Below, piece after piece: positions 21,162 to 30,985 of a DNA stretch of 64,000 bases. The notes under the pieces are model-generated. The model saw only the letters and a program-made list of their open reading frames with translations, had not been told where the DNA came from and searched no databases. Where the stretch lies: contig CAKUVI010000003.1 in the NCBI GenBank assembly GCA_934699095.1, positions 233,076 to 297,075 on the forward strand, read 5' to 3'. A program made the translations under genes and the position numbers. This DNA is from an uncultured Bacteroidales bacterium. GTDB taxonomy: Bacteria; Bacteroidota; Bacteroidia; Bacteroidales; WCHB1-69. Position 1 is the first letter of the stretch; each line of letters opens with the position of its first letter.

Positions 21162-22658
21162 ATGAATACAGCAAAGAAATTATTTGGATTATTCGCCGTT
21201 GCAGCACTCTTGCTTAGCATGTCTGCCTGCAAAAAACAGAAATCGGCAACCACCGGCTGGAACTATAACGATGCCAAAAACGGTGGCTTTGAAGTAGCCC
21301 CATTTGAAGAACAAGCCACCGGTCCCGGCCTTGTCTTCATCGAAGGCGGATCTTTCGTGATGGGACAGATGGAAGAAGACGTGATGAAAGACTGGAACAA
21401 CACTCCTCGTCGCGTTTCTGTGGCTTCATTCTATATGGATGAATGCGAAGTGGCCAATGTCGATTATCTCGAATATCTCCATTGGCTCGAAAGAGTGTTC
21501 ATCCCTCAGGATTTGAAAGTCGTTTACGACAACGCCCTTCCTGATGAGAACGTTTGGCGCGACCGCCTCGGCTACAACGAGCCGGATGTAGAATACTACT
21601 TCCGCCACCCAGCCTACAGATACTATCCTGTAGTAGGCGTAAACTGGCTCCAGGCAACCAACTATGCAGCATGGCGTACAGACCGCGTAAACGAACAGAT
21701 TCTCGTTGACCGTGGCTATATCGAATTCGCCGAAACTCCTTCTGCAGAAGGTTACTTCAATACAGACGCTTACCTTACCTACGAATCATACGAGGCTGAA
21801 GGCCAAAAACGTCTTAGATACATCTCCAGCGGTGAATACCGTAATGTGAAAATGGAAGACGGTATCCTCCTTCCTAAATATCGTCTGCCCACCGAGGCTG
21901 AATGGGAATACGCTGCCTACAGCACTATAGGCAACACCCTCAACGAACGTGTCCTCGAACGTAAAGTTTACCCATGGAACGGTCAACAACTTCGTACCGA
22001 AGATAAAAAATACTATGGCGACTTCATGACCAACATGCGCCGCGGCCGCGGTGACCTCATGGGCGTTGCCGGACACCTCAACGACGGCGGCTTCAAAACA
22101 AAAGACGTCAAAACCGACTGGCCTAACGACTACGGCCTATACCACATGGCTGGTAATGTCGCTGAATGGGTTATGGACGTTTACAGACAAAGCTCTCACG
22201 ACGACGTTACCGAATTCAACCCGTTCCGTGGTAACTACTTCGAAACCAAAAAACTCCTCGAAGACGGTACCGTTGCCGAACGCGACAGCGTGGGTAAAAT
22301 CCCTATGGTTCCTGTCTCTGACTTCAAAAACGACAGAAGACGCAACTACCGCTCAGCCGACAACAAGAACTACCTCGATGGCGACTGGCAGTCACTGAAA
22401 AACATGGACGACTGGACTAACGCCACCACAAACACAGAAGCTACCGATATCATGTATGCCAAAACAGCAAACAACTATGACTTCTCACTTGTTAGCGACC
22501 ACGCTCGAGTTTACAAAGGCGGCTCTTGGAGAGATATCCCTTACTGGTCTTCTCCAGGCTCAAGACGCTACCTCGACGAGGATGAAGCAACCGACTATAT
22601 TGGCTTCCGCTGCGCTATGGCAAGAGTCGGAACACAAAGCCAAGGAAAAAGAAAATAA
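21162..22658 (+). CDS. gldJ: GldJ-like lipoprotein (GldJ/GldK-PorK family, FGE-sulfatase/SUMF1-type domain)
   Basis: 498 aa. Lipobox LLSMSAC, then TTGWNYNDAKNGGF...GLVFIEGGSFVMG...SFYMDECEVANVDYLEYLHWL. The N-terminus resembles GldJ more than GldK. Confidence 0.75.
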   Translation: MNTAKKLFGLFAVAALLLSMSACKKQKSATTGWNYNDAKNGGFEVAPFEEQATGPGLVFIEGGSFVMGQMEEDVMKDWNNTPRRVSVASFYMDECEVANVDYLEYLHWLERVFIPQDLKVVYDNALPDENVWRDRLGYNEPDVEYYFRHPAYRYYPVVGVNWLQATNYAAWRTDRVNEQILVDRGYIEFAETPSAEGYFNTDAYLTYESYEAEGQKRLRYISSGEYRNVKMEDGILLPKYRLPTEAEWEYAAYSTIGNTLNERVLERKVYPWNGQQLRTEDKKYYGDFMTNMRRGRGDLMGVAGHLNDGGFKTKDVKTDWPNDYGLYHMAGNVAEWVMDVYRQSSHDDVTEFNPFRGNYFETKKLLEDGTVAERDSVGKIPMVPVSDFKNDRRRNYRSADNKNYLDGDWQSLKNMDDWTNATTNTEATDIMYAKTANNYDFSLVSDHARVYKGGSWRDIPYWSSPGSRRYLDEDEATDYIGFRCAMARVGTQSQGKRK

Positions 22659-22679
22659 TACATATAACTAATTAATCAC

Positions 22680-22713
22680 CAAGCTCTTCCTAATATGGAA
22701 GAGCTTGTTTTTT
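22680..22713 (+). terminator. Rho-independent terminator after the gldJ-like gene
   Basis: CAAGCTCTTCC-TAATAT-GGAAGAGCTTG (11-bp stem) followed by TTTTTT. Confidence 0.8.
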
Positions 22714-22722
22714 CTATATTCT

Positions 22723-24105
22723 ATGCTAAACTTCAAACCCATTAATATCAACGATAAATATATTATCGACCCCTATCTTAAGAAAAACTCACAAACCTGC
22801 GACAGAAACTTCACTAATCTCTTCTGCTGGCAACATTTCTACAACACCCAATGGACCATTGCTGACAACTGGCTAGTATTGCGCGCCTGCATAAATGGCG
22901 AACGCCGCATGGCCTACATAACCGTCTCTGACAAAGACAACCCTGACTACTGCTCAATAATTCCCACATTGCTCGAAGACGCCAAAAAAAATAATCAACC
23001 ACTCACCTTGATGGGACTTACTGATGAAGAGTGCCGATTACTCGAAAACTGCTGCAAACACGAGTTTATCTTCGATAAAAACCGCGATTTTGCCGATTAT
23101 ATCTACAAATCAGAGAACCTTAATTCCCTGAGAGGAAGAAAATATGCACAAAAACGCAACCATGTAAACAAGTTCAAGTCGCTATACAACTATCACTACG
23201 AACCCATCTCCAAAGCCAATATTGCTGATTGCCTGCAATTGGAGGAATCATGGATTCAACAACATCCTAACGATGAATCCGCCAAGGCAGAAAACTTGGT
23301 TATAAAGAATGCACTCGGACATTTTGAGGAACTAAACCTCATAGGTGGCGCACTTTACGTTGAAAATCAGATTGTTGCGTTCACCTACGGTTCGGAAATA
23401 AATGAAACGATGTTCTGCACACACGTGGAAAAGGGAGACATTAACTACGAAGGCGTTTACCAAATGATCAATTACCTCTTCGCCCAGCATCTCCCTGAAA
23501 AATATCAGCTGATTAACAGAGAAGAAGACATGGGATTACCGGGACTAAGGAAATCCAAAATGTCTTACGAACCCGAAAAATTAGGTTATAAGACAACAGC
23601 CCTTCTCATGAACGACGATATGCACGACATTATCAACATCTGGCATAAATGTTTCGGAAATGAGGATGATTCGGTATATCAATTTCTGTCACGCTATTAC
23701 TTTGAGCACTGCTCCTTCGTGGAAAATGTCAATAACCACATAGTTTCAATGCTGTTCATGATACCCTGCAACACAAAATCCGGAAGTGCAGCATATTTGT
23801 ATGGCGTGGCCACAGATCCGGAATTCCAGCACCGCGGCTACTCATCGAAACTGATGTCGAAATTTATAGAAAAATGCAAAAACGACGGCTTTGATTTTAC
23901 GTTCCTTATACCTGAAAAGGAGTCTCTTGCAGATTTTTACGCAAAATTCGGTTATATAAAAACGTCGAAATTAGTGGAATTCAACAGCGACCTCAACCTC
24001 GGCACAGGCATACCCGAAAAGGATATTGCACTGGTTCTGCCGCTGAAAGAGAGTTTTACTATTGACGATTTAGATGATACAATATCTTGTACTCCAATGC
24101 TTTAA
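22723..24105 (+). CDS. DUF2156 (MprF C-terminal-like, aminoacyl-tRNA transferase fold) fused to a GNAT N-acetyltransferase domain
   Basis: DUF2156 hallmarks QKRNHVNKF, HVEKGD and INREEDMGLPGLRKSKMSYEP. C-terminal GNAT motif A is GVATDPEFQHRGYSSKLM. The start was moved to the ATG at 22723 because the ORF-track TTG start at 22705 lies inside the terminator hairpin. Confidence 0.7.
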   Translation: MLNFKPININDKYIIDPYLKKNSQTCDRNFTNLFCWQHFYNTQWTIADNWLVLRACINGERRMAYITVSDKDNPDYCSIIPTLLEDAKKNNQPLTLMGLTDEECRLLENCCKHEFIFDKNRDFADYIYKSENLNSLRGRKYAQKRNHVNKFKSLYNYHYEPISKANIADCLQLEESWIQQHPNDESAKAENLVIKNALGHFEELNLIGGALYVENQIVAFTYGSEINETMFCTHVEKGDINYEGVYQMINYLFAQHLPEKYQLINREEDMGLPGLRKSKMSYEPEKLGYKTTALLMNDDMHDIINIWHKCFGNEDDSVYQFLSRYYFEHCSFVENVNNHIVSMLFMIPCNTKSGSAAYLYGVATDPEFQHRGYSSKLMSKFIEKCKNDGFDFTFLIPEKESLADFYAKFGYIKTSKLVEFNSDLNLGTGIPEKDIALVLPLKESFTIDDLDDTISCTPML

Positions 24106-24107
24106 AA

Positions 24108-24554
24108 CTATTCAACCTTTTCAAGGTTCACTCCCTTGAACTTCATGACTTCCACCTTGTCTGCCAACAGCACGAGCTGGTCGCCTGTTATCTGATAATG
24201 GTTAATATCCATTTTCAATGCGTTCAAAAACTGCTTCTCAACAGACATCTTGTCACAAAGTCGCTTCGTTGCACCTTTATACTCAATTGAAATTTTCTGC
24301 TTTCTGAGCAACTGATAATCGCCGAAAAAGCTGTTACAGCCCAAGCATCCGCTGATAGCACCGTTCGTATCAAAAGTTATGAATGGATGAAGAGCATATT
24401 CATTATTAATATCTTCATTTTCAATTGAGACCAACATCCATTGGGGGCCGATTAAAGGCATATTGTTTGAGTTTTTAGCCTCTTTGGAAGATTTACAACA
24501 TGAAAATGAAAAAACGAGTGTCATCATTATTAAAGAATAGACTATCTTTTGCAT
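24108..24554 (-). CDS. META (HslJ-like) domain lipoprotein
   Basis: Start set to the internal ATG at 24552-24554, giving MQKIVYSLIMMTLVFSFSCC (lipobox). The body resembles a META domain (CNSFFGDY...GATKRLC). This start removes the overlap with engB. Confidence 0.6.
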   Translation of the reverse strand: MQKIVYSLIMMTLVFSFSCCKSSKEAKNSNNMPLIGPQWMLVSIENEDINNEYALHPFITFDTNGAISGCLGCNSFFGDYQLLRKQKISIEYKGATKRLCDKMSVEKQFLNALKMDINHYQITGDQLVLLADKVEVMKFKGVNLEKVE

Positions 24555-24558
24555 AATT

Positions 24559-25170
24559 TTATATTTGATTCTTATAATTGTTATTAATTTCTTCGATATA
24601 ATCAAGTATTTGGTCCTTTCCATCACCGGTAACAGCGGATGATTTGAAAATAGGCGGAAGTTCCTCCCACGTCTCCGACAAGATATTTTTCATCTTTTGA
24701 ATAGTTGAAGTTGCTTTGCCCAAAGATATTTTGTCGGTTTTTGTATAAATAATGGCAAAAGGAATTCCATTTTCACCAAGATTATTGATAAAGTCAATAT
24801 CTATCTGCTGTGGTTCGATACGTGCGTCAACGAGGACGAACACCAATTGTAGATTTTCGCGGAAAAGCAAGTAATCGGAGATCATTTTCTGCCATTTTTC
24901 GCGAATAGTTTTGGATATTTTGGCAAAACCGTATCCGGGAAGGTCAACCAAATACCAATTATTATTGATCACAAAGTGGTTAATAGTCTGTGTTTTTCCG
25001 GGTTTCGACGAGGTTTTTGCAAGAGATTTGTTATTAACTAACATATTGATAAGCGATGATTTGCCCACATTTGAGCGCCCGATGAAGGCATACTCAGGCA
25101 TATTGGCTTCCGGGCATTTGCGCCAATCGCTTTCGCTTTGCAGATATGTGGCAGTTTTTATCAGCATCAT
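24559..25170 (-). CDS. engB: Ribosome biogenesis GTP-binding protein YihA/EngB
   Basis: G1 motif [18 protein letters not shown] and TKTDK. Confidence 0.9.
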   Translation of the reverse strand: MMLIKTATYLQSESDWRKCPEANMPEYAFIGRSNVGKSSLINMLVNNKSLAKTSSKPGKTQTINHFVINNNWYLVDLPGYGFAKISKTIREKWQKMISDYLLFRENLQLVFVLVDARIEPQQIDIDFINNLGENGIPFAIIYTKTDKISLGKATSTIQKMKNILSETWEELPPIFKSSAVTGDGKDQILDYIEEINNNYKNQI

Positions 25171-25171
25171 A

Positions 25172-26515
25172 TTATCTTCTTGCCAACCATTCGTTGGGGT
25201 TTACGTATTTATCGTTTTTCCAAATCTCAAAGTGAAGTTCGTAAGTATTTGAGGTATTGCTTTTTCCAATAGTTCCGATAGTTTGTTTTGTAGAAACCTT
25301 GTCACCTTTTTTCACCTTTGTGTTTGAGAGGTTTTGATAAACTGTGAGATACTCGCCATGCCGAATCATGACGACAGTGGTTCCCATAATATTCATGACG
25401 CTGGTGACCACACCGTCGAAAACGGCGCGGGCGGAGGTTCCGGCCTCGACCATAATGTCGATTCCGTGATTTTCAATCTGCACTGACGGTACATCAGGGT
25501 GCGAATAGTTGCCGAAATCACTCACTTTGGCTCCCTTGGCGACAGGCCATGGCAAACTGCCTTTGTTATTTACAAACGAGGCGTTCAGACTTTTCTCCTC
25601 GGGAGTCATGGCGATAGCAGTCGTGGCGCGGGGGGTTGCAGATGTGGTTGATGAAGCTGACCCACTTGCAGCACTCGCAGTTCCAGTGGTGGAAGTGTTA
25701 GATTTTGTGCTTTTTTTGGCCCTTTCGGCATTGGCCTTGGCAATCTCGGCCTTTACAGCCCGCTGAATGGCCGCGTCTATCTCCCGCCGTTTCTGCTGCT
25801 TTGCCTTCAGATCGGCACTCAACTTCTGCGACTCTTTCCTTAGCTTTTCTGCATTCCGTGTTTTTTTCAGTCTGTCTGATTCCAGATTTTTAATCTCCTG
25901 CTCTTTCGATGACAGGGTGTTGAGTTTGTCATTTCTCAACAGCACAATCTCCTCGTTCTTTTTAGTAAGCTCATCGGTGGCTTTGGAAATCTGTTCTGAT
26001 TGTTCCCTTATGCTTTTCGAGAAGATATTATAGTAGCGCATACGCCTGAACATCTGTGAAAAGTCGTCTGCGGAAAGAATAAAGGTGATCTTGTCGAGAA
26101 GTCGCCTGTTTCTATATGCGTTATATACAATCTGTGCATAGTCGGCCTTCATATATGAGAGACGCTTTTGCAACTGTTTCAGCTCCTTTTCATTCTGCTC
26201 TTGTTCGTCATCCATCTTTATGATCTGGGAGTTCAGATTGGTGATCATCTGTTCCCTGTTGCTGATCTGGCGACGCAAAAGAGCGGCCTGTTGCACTGCT
26301 GCTTTCTGGTTCGATTCAGTTTTTTTTAGGAGTTTCTGCGTGTTTGCGATGTCATTTTCTATTTTCTGCCTGTCTTTTTTCAACTGCGAACTGCTCTTCC
26401 CCGTCTGTGCACTCACACAAACAGGCAGCAGCATTACCAACACCAAACAGACATAAAAAACTGTCTGCAAAAGACATCCTCTTCTAAAACTCATCATTTT
26501 ACATTTAACCTGCAA
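25172..26515 (-). CDS. Murein hydrolase activator EnvC-like / M23 family peptidase
   Basis: Signal peptide, long coiled coil, S/T-rich linker, C-terminal LytM/M23 domain ([20 protein letters not shown]...ELHFEIW). The exact start is uncertain; several Met residues lie near 26497-26515. Confidence 0.8.
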   Translation of the reverse strand: MQVKCKMMSFRRGCLLQTVFYVCLVLVMLLPVCVSAQTGKSSSQLKKDRQKIENDIANTQKLLKKTESNQKAAVQQAALLRRQISNREQMITNLNSQIIKMDDEQEQNEKELKQLQKRLSYMKADYAQIVYNAYRNRRLLDKITFILSADDFSQMFRRMRYYNIFSKSIREQSEQISKATDELTKKNEEIVLLRNDKLNTLSSKEQEIKNLESDRLKKTRNAEKLRKESQKLSADLKAKQQKRREIDAAIQRAVKAEIAKANAERAKKSTKSNTSTTGTASAASGSASSTTSATPRATTAIAMTPEEKSLNASFVNNKGSLPWPVAKGAKVSDFGNYSHPDVPSVQIENHGIDIMVEAGTSARAVFDGVVTSVMNIMGTTVVMIRHGEYLTVYQNLSNTKVKKGDKVSTKQTIGTIGKSNTSNTYELHFEIWKNDKYVNPNEWLARR

Positions 26516-26599
26516 AATTAATAGTTATTGCAGATTTATTTTTTTGATATTGCAATATTTATTAACATTAAAACGTTGATGCATGGCAAAAAAGTATAA

Positions 26600-27199
26600 A
26601 TGGACATTATAGAAATAATTGGAGCTCTGATAGGATTGGCCTATCTGGTATTGGAATACAAGGCCAACGTGTGGCTGTGGCCGGTTGGAATAGTCATGTC
26701 TCTGTTCTATGTGGTGATTTACATTAACGGGAAATTTTATGCAGATGCCGGTCTGCAAATCTATTATATCTGTGCAAATATCTATGGTCTTGCACTTTGG
26801 ACTTACAAAAAGCACCACAAAACTGAAGAAATAGAATCAAAAAAAGAGAATTTTGCCATCTCTAAAACTCCGAAGAAGAGGATATTCCCAATAGCTGCAG
26901 TTGCTCTCGCACTGTGGGCGGGATTCTATTTTATTTTGAAAAGTTTCACCGACAGTCCTGTACCGGTTGGCGACGCCTTCACCACATCACTGAGCATTGT
27001 GGCAACCTGGATGCTTGCCCAAAAATATGTGGAGCAATGGATACTTTGGATTGTGGTTGACGTGATTTCAGTGATTTTGTACTTCTGGAAAGGCCTTTAT
27101 CCCACAGCAATTCTGTACGTTGTTTACGTGGTGGTGGCCACAATGGGCTACTTCAACTGGAGAAAACAGATGAAGCAGGAACAACTCGAAGGTCTATAA
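26600..27199 (+). CDS. pnuC: Nicotinamide riboside transporter PnuC
   Basis: 199 aa polytopic membrane protein with a PnuC-like N-terminus (IIGALIGLAYLVLEYKANVWLWPVGIV). Confidence 0.8.
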   Translation: MDIIEIIGALIGLAYLVLEYKANVWLWPVGIVMSLFYVVIYINGKFYADAGLQIYYICANIYGLALWTYKKHHKTEEIESKKENFAISKTPKKRIFPIAAVALALWAGFYFILKSFTDSPVPVGDAFTTSLSIVATWMLAQKYVEQWILWIVVDVISVILYFWKGLYPTAILYVVYVVVATMGYFNWRKQMKQEQLEGL

Positions 27200-27898
27200 T
27201 TCCATATTGTTTTTCTTGAAATAGTACCTTATCATCGCGTCCGGGTCGCGCACGCTCTTCTGCAGCCATTCAAAGTAAAGCTCCTCGTTCTCATCTTCCG
27301 AAAGATGCCAGTCAACATCTGAGCGGCGCAGTTTTTCCGATGTGTGCGACAATATTATTGCGGCAGAATTCGAGATGTTGAAACTCTCCGTAAAACCATA
27401 CATGGGAATCAGCACGTTGACATCAGCCAATCGTTTGGCCTCCTCCGACAAGCCGGTCAGTTCGGTGCCGAACATATATGCAACTTTCTGTTCTACAGGT
27501 ATATCGAAGATGGTCCTGCGTTTTTCGTCAGGAAGCGTGGCAGCCACAAGGTAGCCTCTACTGTGCAACTTGTCAATACAAGTCTTCACATTGTTTTCAT
27601 CTGCATCATGACGATATTCGTTAATCGTAAGCCATTTGTCAGCTCCCATGCTTATGTCTTTGTGAACTTCAAATTCATTACGGCTCTGCAACACGTGCAC
27701 ATCCTGTATTCCGTAACAGTCGCAGGTGCGCAACACAGCACTGATGTTCTGCGTCTGATACAAGTCTTCCAAAACCACCGTTATGTGCCGTGTCCTGTTT
27801 CCAAGAACCCTTTGAATGGTGGATTTTCGCACATCAGAGACAAAAGTTTCCAAATAATCAATTAATTTTTTACGCAGTTTTTTATCTTCAATATTCAT
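27194..27898 (-). CDS. SpoU/TrmH family RNA 2'-O-methyltransferase
   Basis: 234 aa. SpoU-type motifs (ITVVLEDLYQTQNISAVLRTCDCYG, FGTELTGLS, IPMYGFTESFNISNSAAI). Confidence 0.8.
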   Translation of the reverse strand: MNIEDKKLRKKLIDYLETFVSDVRKSTIQRVLGNRTRHITVVLEDLYQTQNISAVLRTCDCYGIQDVHVLQSRNEFEVHKDISMGADKWLTINEYRHDADENNVKTCIDKLHSRGYLVAATLPDEKRRTIFDIPVEQKVAYMFGTELTGLSEEAKRLADVNVLIPMYGFTESFNISNSAAIILSHTSEKLRRSDVDWHLSEDENEELYFEWLQKSVRDPDAMIRYYFKKNNMEL

Positions 27899-27911
27899 TT
27901 TTAAAAAGCAC

Positions 27912-27937
27912 TAAAAAAAGCCCTTAGAAAAGGGCTT
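27912..27937 (-). terminator. Rho-independent terminator of hup
   Basis: AGCCCTT-AGAA-AAGGGCT hairpin. On the minus strand it is followed by a T-run (plus-strand A-run at 27913-27919). Confidence 0.7.
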
Positions 27938-27962
27938 TTCCGTATCATAAAAAATTAACTTA

Positions 27963-28232
27963 CTATTTCATGTTGTTGAAAGCAGAACCAGCTTTGAACT
28001 TAACAACCTTCTTGGCAGCGATTTTGATTTTCTTGCCAGTACGAGGATTGTGACCTGTTCTTGCCTTACGATCTGCTACACTGAATGTACCAAATCCAAT
28101 CAAGGAAATTTTACCACCTTTTTTCAGAGTTTCTTCTGAGGATGCAATAAAAGCCTCTAAAGCTGCTTTAGCTTGAACTTTTGTCAAATCGGCTTTTTCT
28201 GCCATTGCGCTGATTAATTCATTCTTATTCAT
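27963..28232 (-). CDS. hup: HU family DNA-binding protein
   Basis: 89 aa. MNKNELISAMAEK...GFGTFSVADRKARTGHNPRTG. A candidate Bacteroidetes -7 box (TAAATTTG on the minus strand, plus coordinates 28274-28281) lies upstream. Confidence 0.93.
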   Translation of the reverse strand: MNKNELISAMAEKADLTKVQAKAALEAFIASSEETLKKGGKISLIGFGTFSVADRKARTGHNPRTGKKIKIAAKKVVKFKAGSAFNNMK

Positions 28233-28374
28233 TGTGTGAAAAATTTAAAAAAGGTTAATATTAAATTGAGCTACAAATTTAGAAAAAATTGTAAAATAGA
28301 GCAGTTATTATAAAATTGTGAATATTTATGGAATTTTGTTTATAAGCATCTATAATTTTGGGCAAAATATTACA

Positions 28375-29337
28375 CTATTCAAGAATATTTGTGTAATTTT
28401 CAAATCTGAAACCTTTCAGAAATTCTTCCACCGACATTCTTTTTTTGCCCTCAATTTGCAAGGTTTTGACAAAAATATCGAAATTTTGGGTTGAAATCGT
28501 CATCATTTTTGGCAAAATAACATTAATTGTTCCAGGTTTGGTTTGACTTTTATGTTCAGAGACCTCGATTTCAAAAAATTTCAAAACCTTATGCTTGTTA
28601 TCGGAGAGTTGTTTAAGGAAGGAGAAAGCTGCCGGATAGGGAGAAAGCGCGCGCACATGGTTATAAATCACTTCAGCGTCATTGTCCCATTTGATATGCA
28701 TATCATCTTTAAAGATTTTCGGGGCTGATTTAAGCGAGTCAGAGGCAGTTTGGGCAATGGGGGTAGTGGTTCCGGAGGCCATCTGATCTAAAGTCTTCAC
28801 AGCGATGGCGGCACCTTCAACCATAAGTTTGTCATGAAGAGTTTCGGCGTTATCATCGTGAGTGATAGGCACTTCGGTTTGGTTCAGGATTGCTCCGGTA
28901 TCGGTATGTTCGTCCAACAGAAAAGTTGTAACACCAGTCATAGTCTCACCGTTCATGATAGCGCGTTGAATAGGGGCGGCACCGCGATATTGTGGCAACA
29001 GTGAGGCATGGACATTGAATGTTCCCATAGGCGGAATCTGGTAGATACATTTAGGCAGCATACGGAAGGCCACAACCACAAACACATCAGCCTGATAATC
29101 ACGCAGGTCTTCAACGAGAAGATCGTCTTTGAGTTTTTCGGGTTGAAGAAGTGGAAGATTATGTTTCAGGGCATAATTCTTGACATCTGAAAAGTGCATT
29201 TGCTGACCGCGTCCGGCGGGTTTGTCGGGAGTGGTGACCACGCACACCACATCGTGGCCGGTGGCACGGATAGCGTCAAGTGTGGCAACGGCAAATTCCG
29301 GTGTGCCCATAAACACCACTTTCAGTTTCCTGTTCAT
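28375..29337 (-). CDS. fmt: Methionyl-tRNA formyltransferase
   Basis: VVFMGTPEFAV and HASLLPQYRGAAPIQ. Start set to the internal Met (MNRKLKVVF), which removes most of the overlap with ribH. Confidence 0.92.
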   Translation of the reverse strand: MNRKLKVVFMGTPEFAVATLDAIRATGHDVVCVVTTPDKPAGRGQQMHFSDVKNYALKHNLPLLQPEKLKDDLLVEDLRDYQADVFVVVAFRMLPKCIYQIPPMGTFNVHASLLPQYRGAAPIQRAIMNGETMTGVTTFLLDEHTDTGAILNQTEVPITHDDNAETLHDKLMVEGAAIAVKTLDQMASGTTTPIAQTASDSLKSAPKIFKDDMHIKWDNDAEVIYNHVRALSPYPAAFSFLKQLSDNKHKVLKFFEIEVSEHKSQTKPGTINVILPKMMTISTQNFDIFVKTLQIEGKKRMSVEEFLKGFRFENYTNILE

Positions 29338-29822
29338 AGAGACTCTACCATTTTTAACATTTTGAGACATGAGATGGCACCTTCAACACCTTTGTTGCCA
29401 TGAATTCCGCCTGAGCGTTCTTCGGCCTGCCGCATGTCATTAGTTGTGAGCACGCTGAAAATCACTGGTTTCGAAAACTCCAGACCGACTTTCATAATAC
29501 CATCGGCAACTGCCTGAGATATGAATTCAAAGTGTCGGGTCTCGCCTTGGATCACACATCCAATGCAGATAACAGCATCAACATTAGTATATTTTAGCAT
29601 CCATTCGGCCCCGAGGGGAAGCTCAAAGCTGCCCGGCACATGATGAATACTGATAAAATCATTGGTAATCCCATACTTGTTGAGTGTTTCCACTGCGCCA
29701 CTTAAAAGAGAATCGGTAATGTGGCTGTTCCATTCGCTAACCACAATACCGATTCTTATATTTTGCGCAGAAGAAAACTCAAATGGGGTAAATTCCGACA
29801 GGTTTTTCTTCTTTTCAGTCAT
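29334..29822 (-). CDS. ribH: 6,7-dimethyl-8-ribityllumazine synthase
   Basis: RIGIVVSEWNSHIT and VPGSFELP. Start set to the internal Met (MTEKKKNL). Confidence 0.92.
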   Translation of the reverse strand: MTEKKKNLSEFTPFEFSSAQNIRIGIVVSEWNSHITDSLLSGAVETLNKYGITNDFISIHHVPGSFELPLGAEWMLKYTNVDAVICIGCVIQGETRHFEFISQAVADGIMKVGLEFSKPVIFSVLTTNDMRQAEERSGGIHGNKGVEGAISCLKMLKMVESL

Positions 29823-29826
29823 AAAA

Positions 29827-30531
29827 TTATTTTGAAGCTTTAGCTTTTGCTCTTTCTGCGTATTGAGCAACGCTCATTCTGTTATATTCGTTATAGAAAT
29901 CTTTTTCAATCTTGTTATAAGTATCAAGAGCTTTGTTCCAGTCACCTTTGCGCTCATACATTTGGGCGAGTTTGAAAAGGGTAATAGGGGTGAAGAAAGG
30001 ATCCTTGCTCTTGGCAGCTTTCTCGTATTGGCTGATAGCCTGAGCCTCGTCACCATTGTCGTCGTAGATGTCACCTATGACTGCTTGGCATGCATACCAA
30101 AGTACATCTTCTTTCTTTTTGAATTTTTTGAGATATTCAAGAGCCTCGTCTTTTTGTCCGAGTTTGAGGTAAGTCAAACCTGCATAATAATTGGCAGTGT
30201 TTGCAGTTCTTGTGATTTTGTAATTGCTTGCGATATCGAGAAAGCCGTCGTTTTCGCCGTCGCCTTCGAGAGCCAGTTTAAGAGAAGCGGTGTCGCCCTG
30301 AACAAACCATTGGATGGGTTGGGTAATTTGGGCAGAAGCTTCCTGGTTTTTCTTCTGCAAATAGAATCTGTTGAATGCCATCAATGCAAGAACAATCACC
30401 AATATTCCTATGATAACACCATAAATGATGTTTTGGTATTTGTTAAAGAAAGCGAGAGTCTTGGTTACAAAATTTTCATTTTCCTGCACAAGCTCTTCTT
30501 TTTTTGAGCCTAATTTTTCAGTGTTTGCCAT
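29827..30531 (-). CDS. Membrane-anchored tetratricopeptide-repeat protein (YfgM-like)
   Basis: 234 aa. One TM helix (IIYGVIIGILVIVLALMAF) followed by TPR-like helices. Confidence 0.65.
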   Translation of the reverse strand: MANTEKLGSKKEELVQENENFVTKTLAFFNKYQNIIYGVIIGILVIVLALMAFNRFYLQKKNQEASAQITQPIQWFVQGDTASLKLALEGDGENDGFLDIASNYKITRTANTANYYAGLTYLKLGQKDEALEYLKKFKKKEDVLWYACQAVIGDIYDDNGDEAQAISQYEKAAKSKDPFFTPITLFKLAQMYERKGDWNKALDTYNKIEKDFYNEYNRMSVAQYAERAKAKASK

Positions 30532-30617
30532 ATTTGATTACATAAATTTTTAGGGTCGCAAAGATATACTTTTTTTTAATGCGATTTAAATTGAAATTTC
30601 AATTTTTTCAACGGGTA

Positions 30618-30938
30618 CTAAACCAAGGTCACCGCAGTACCGGAAGCGGTCACCATAAGCATCCCGTTGTTCTGTCCCAGAACCTCGTAGTCAACATCGA
30701 TTCCGACTACGGCGTTAGCACCCATGGAAGAAGCGCGTTCCTCAAGTTCCTTTAGTGCTTTTTCACGAGCTTTCAGGAGTTCGTTCTCGTATGAGCCCGA
30801 GCGCCCGCCAACGATATTCCTGACTCCTGCAAAAAAGTCCTTAACAAAGTTAACTCCGGTGATCACCTCACCGAAAACCACACCGTGGTAATTCACAATC
30901 TGCTTGCCTTCAACGGCATTTGTCGTAGTAAGTATCAT
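30618..30938 (-). CDS. YbjQ (UPF0145) family protein
   Basis: 106 aa; [13 protein letters not shown] motif. Confidence 0.85.
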   Translation of the reverse strand: MILTTTNAVEGKQIVNYHGVVFGEVITGVNFVKDFFAGVRNIVGGRSGSYENELLKAREKALKELEERASSMGANAVVGIDVDYEVLGQNNGMLMVTASGTAVTLV

Positions 30939-30985
30939 AGTTTCAAAATTTTTGCAAAAATAACAATATTGAATATATGTATGTA

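Noticed and set aside
26516-26599. A possible riboswitch upstream of pnuC.
   Set aside because: The spacer is only 84 nt, is AT-rich and shows no conserved stems. It also has to hold the divergent promoters.
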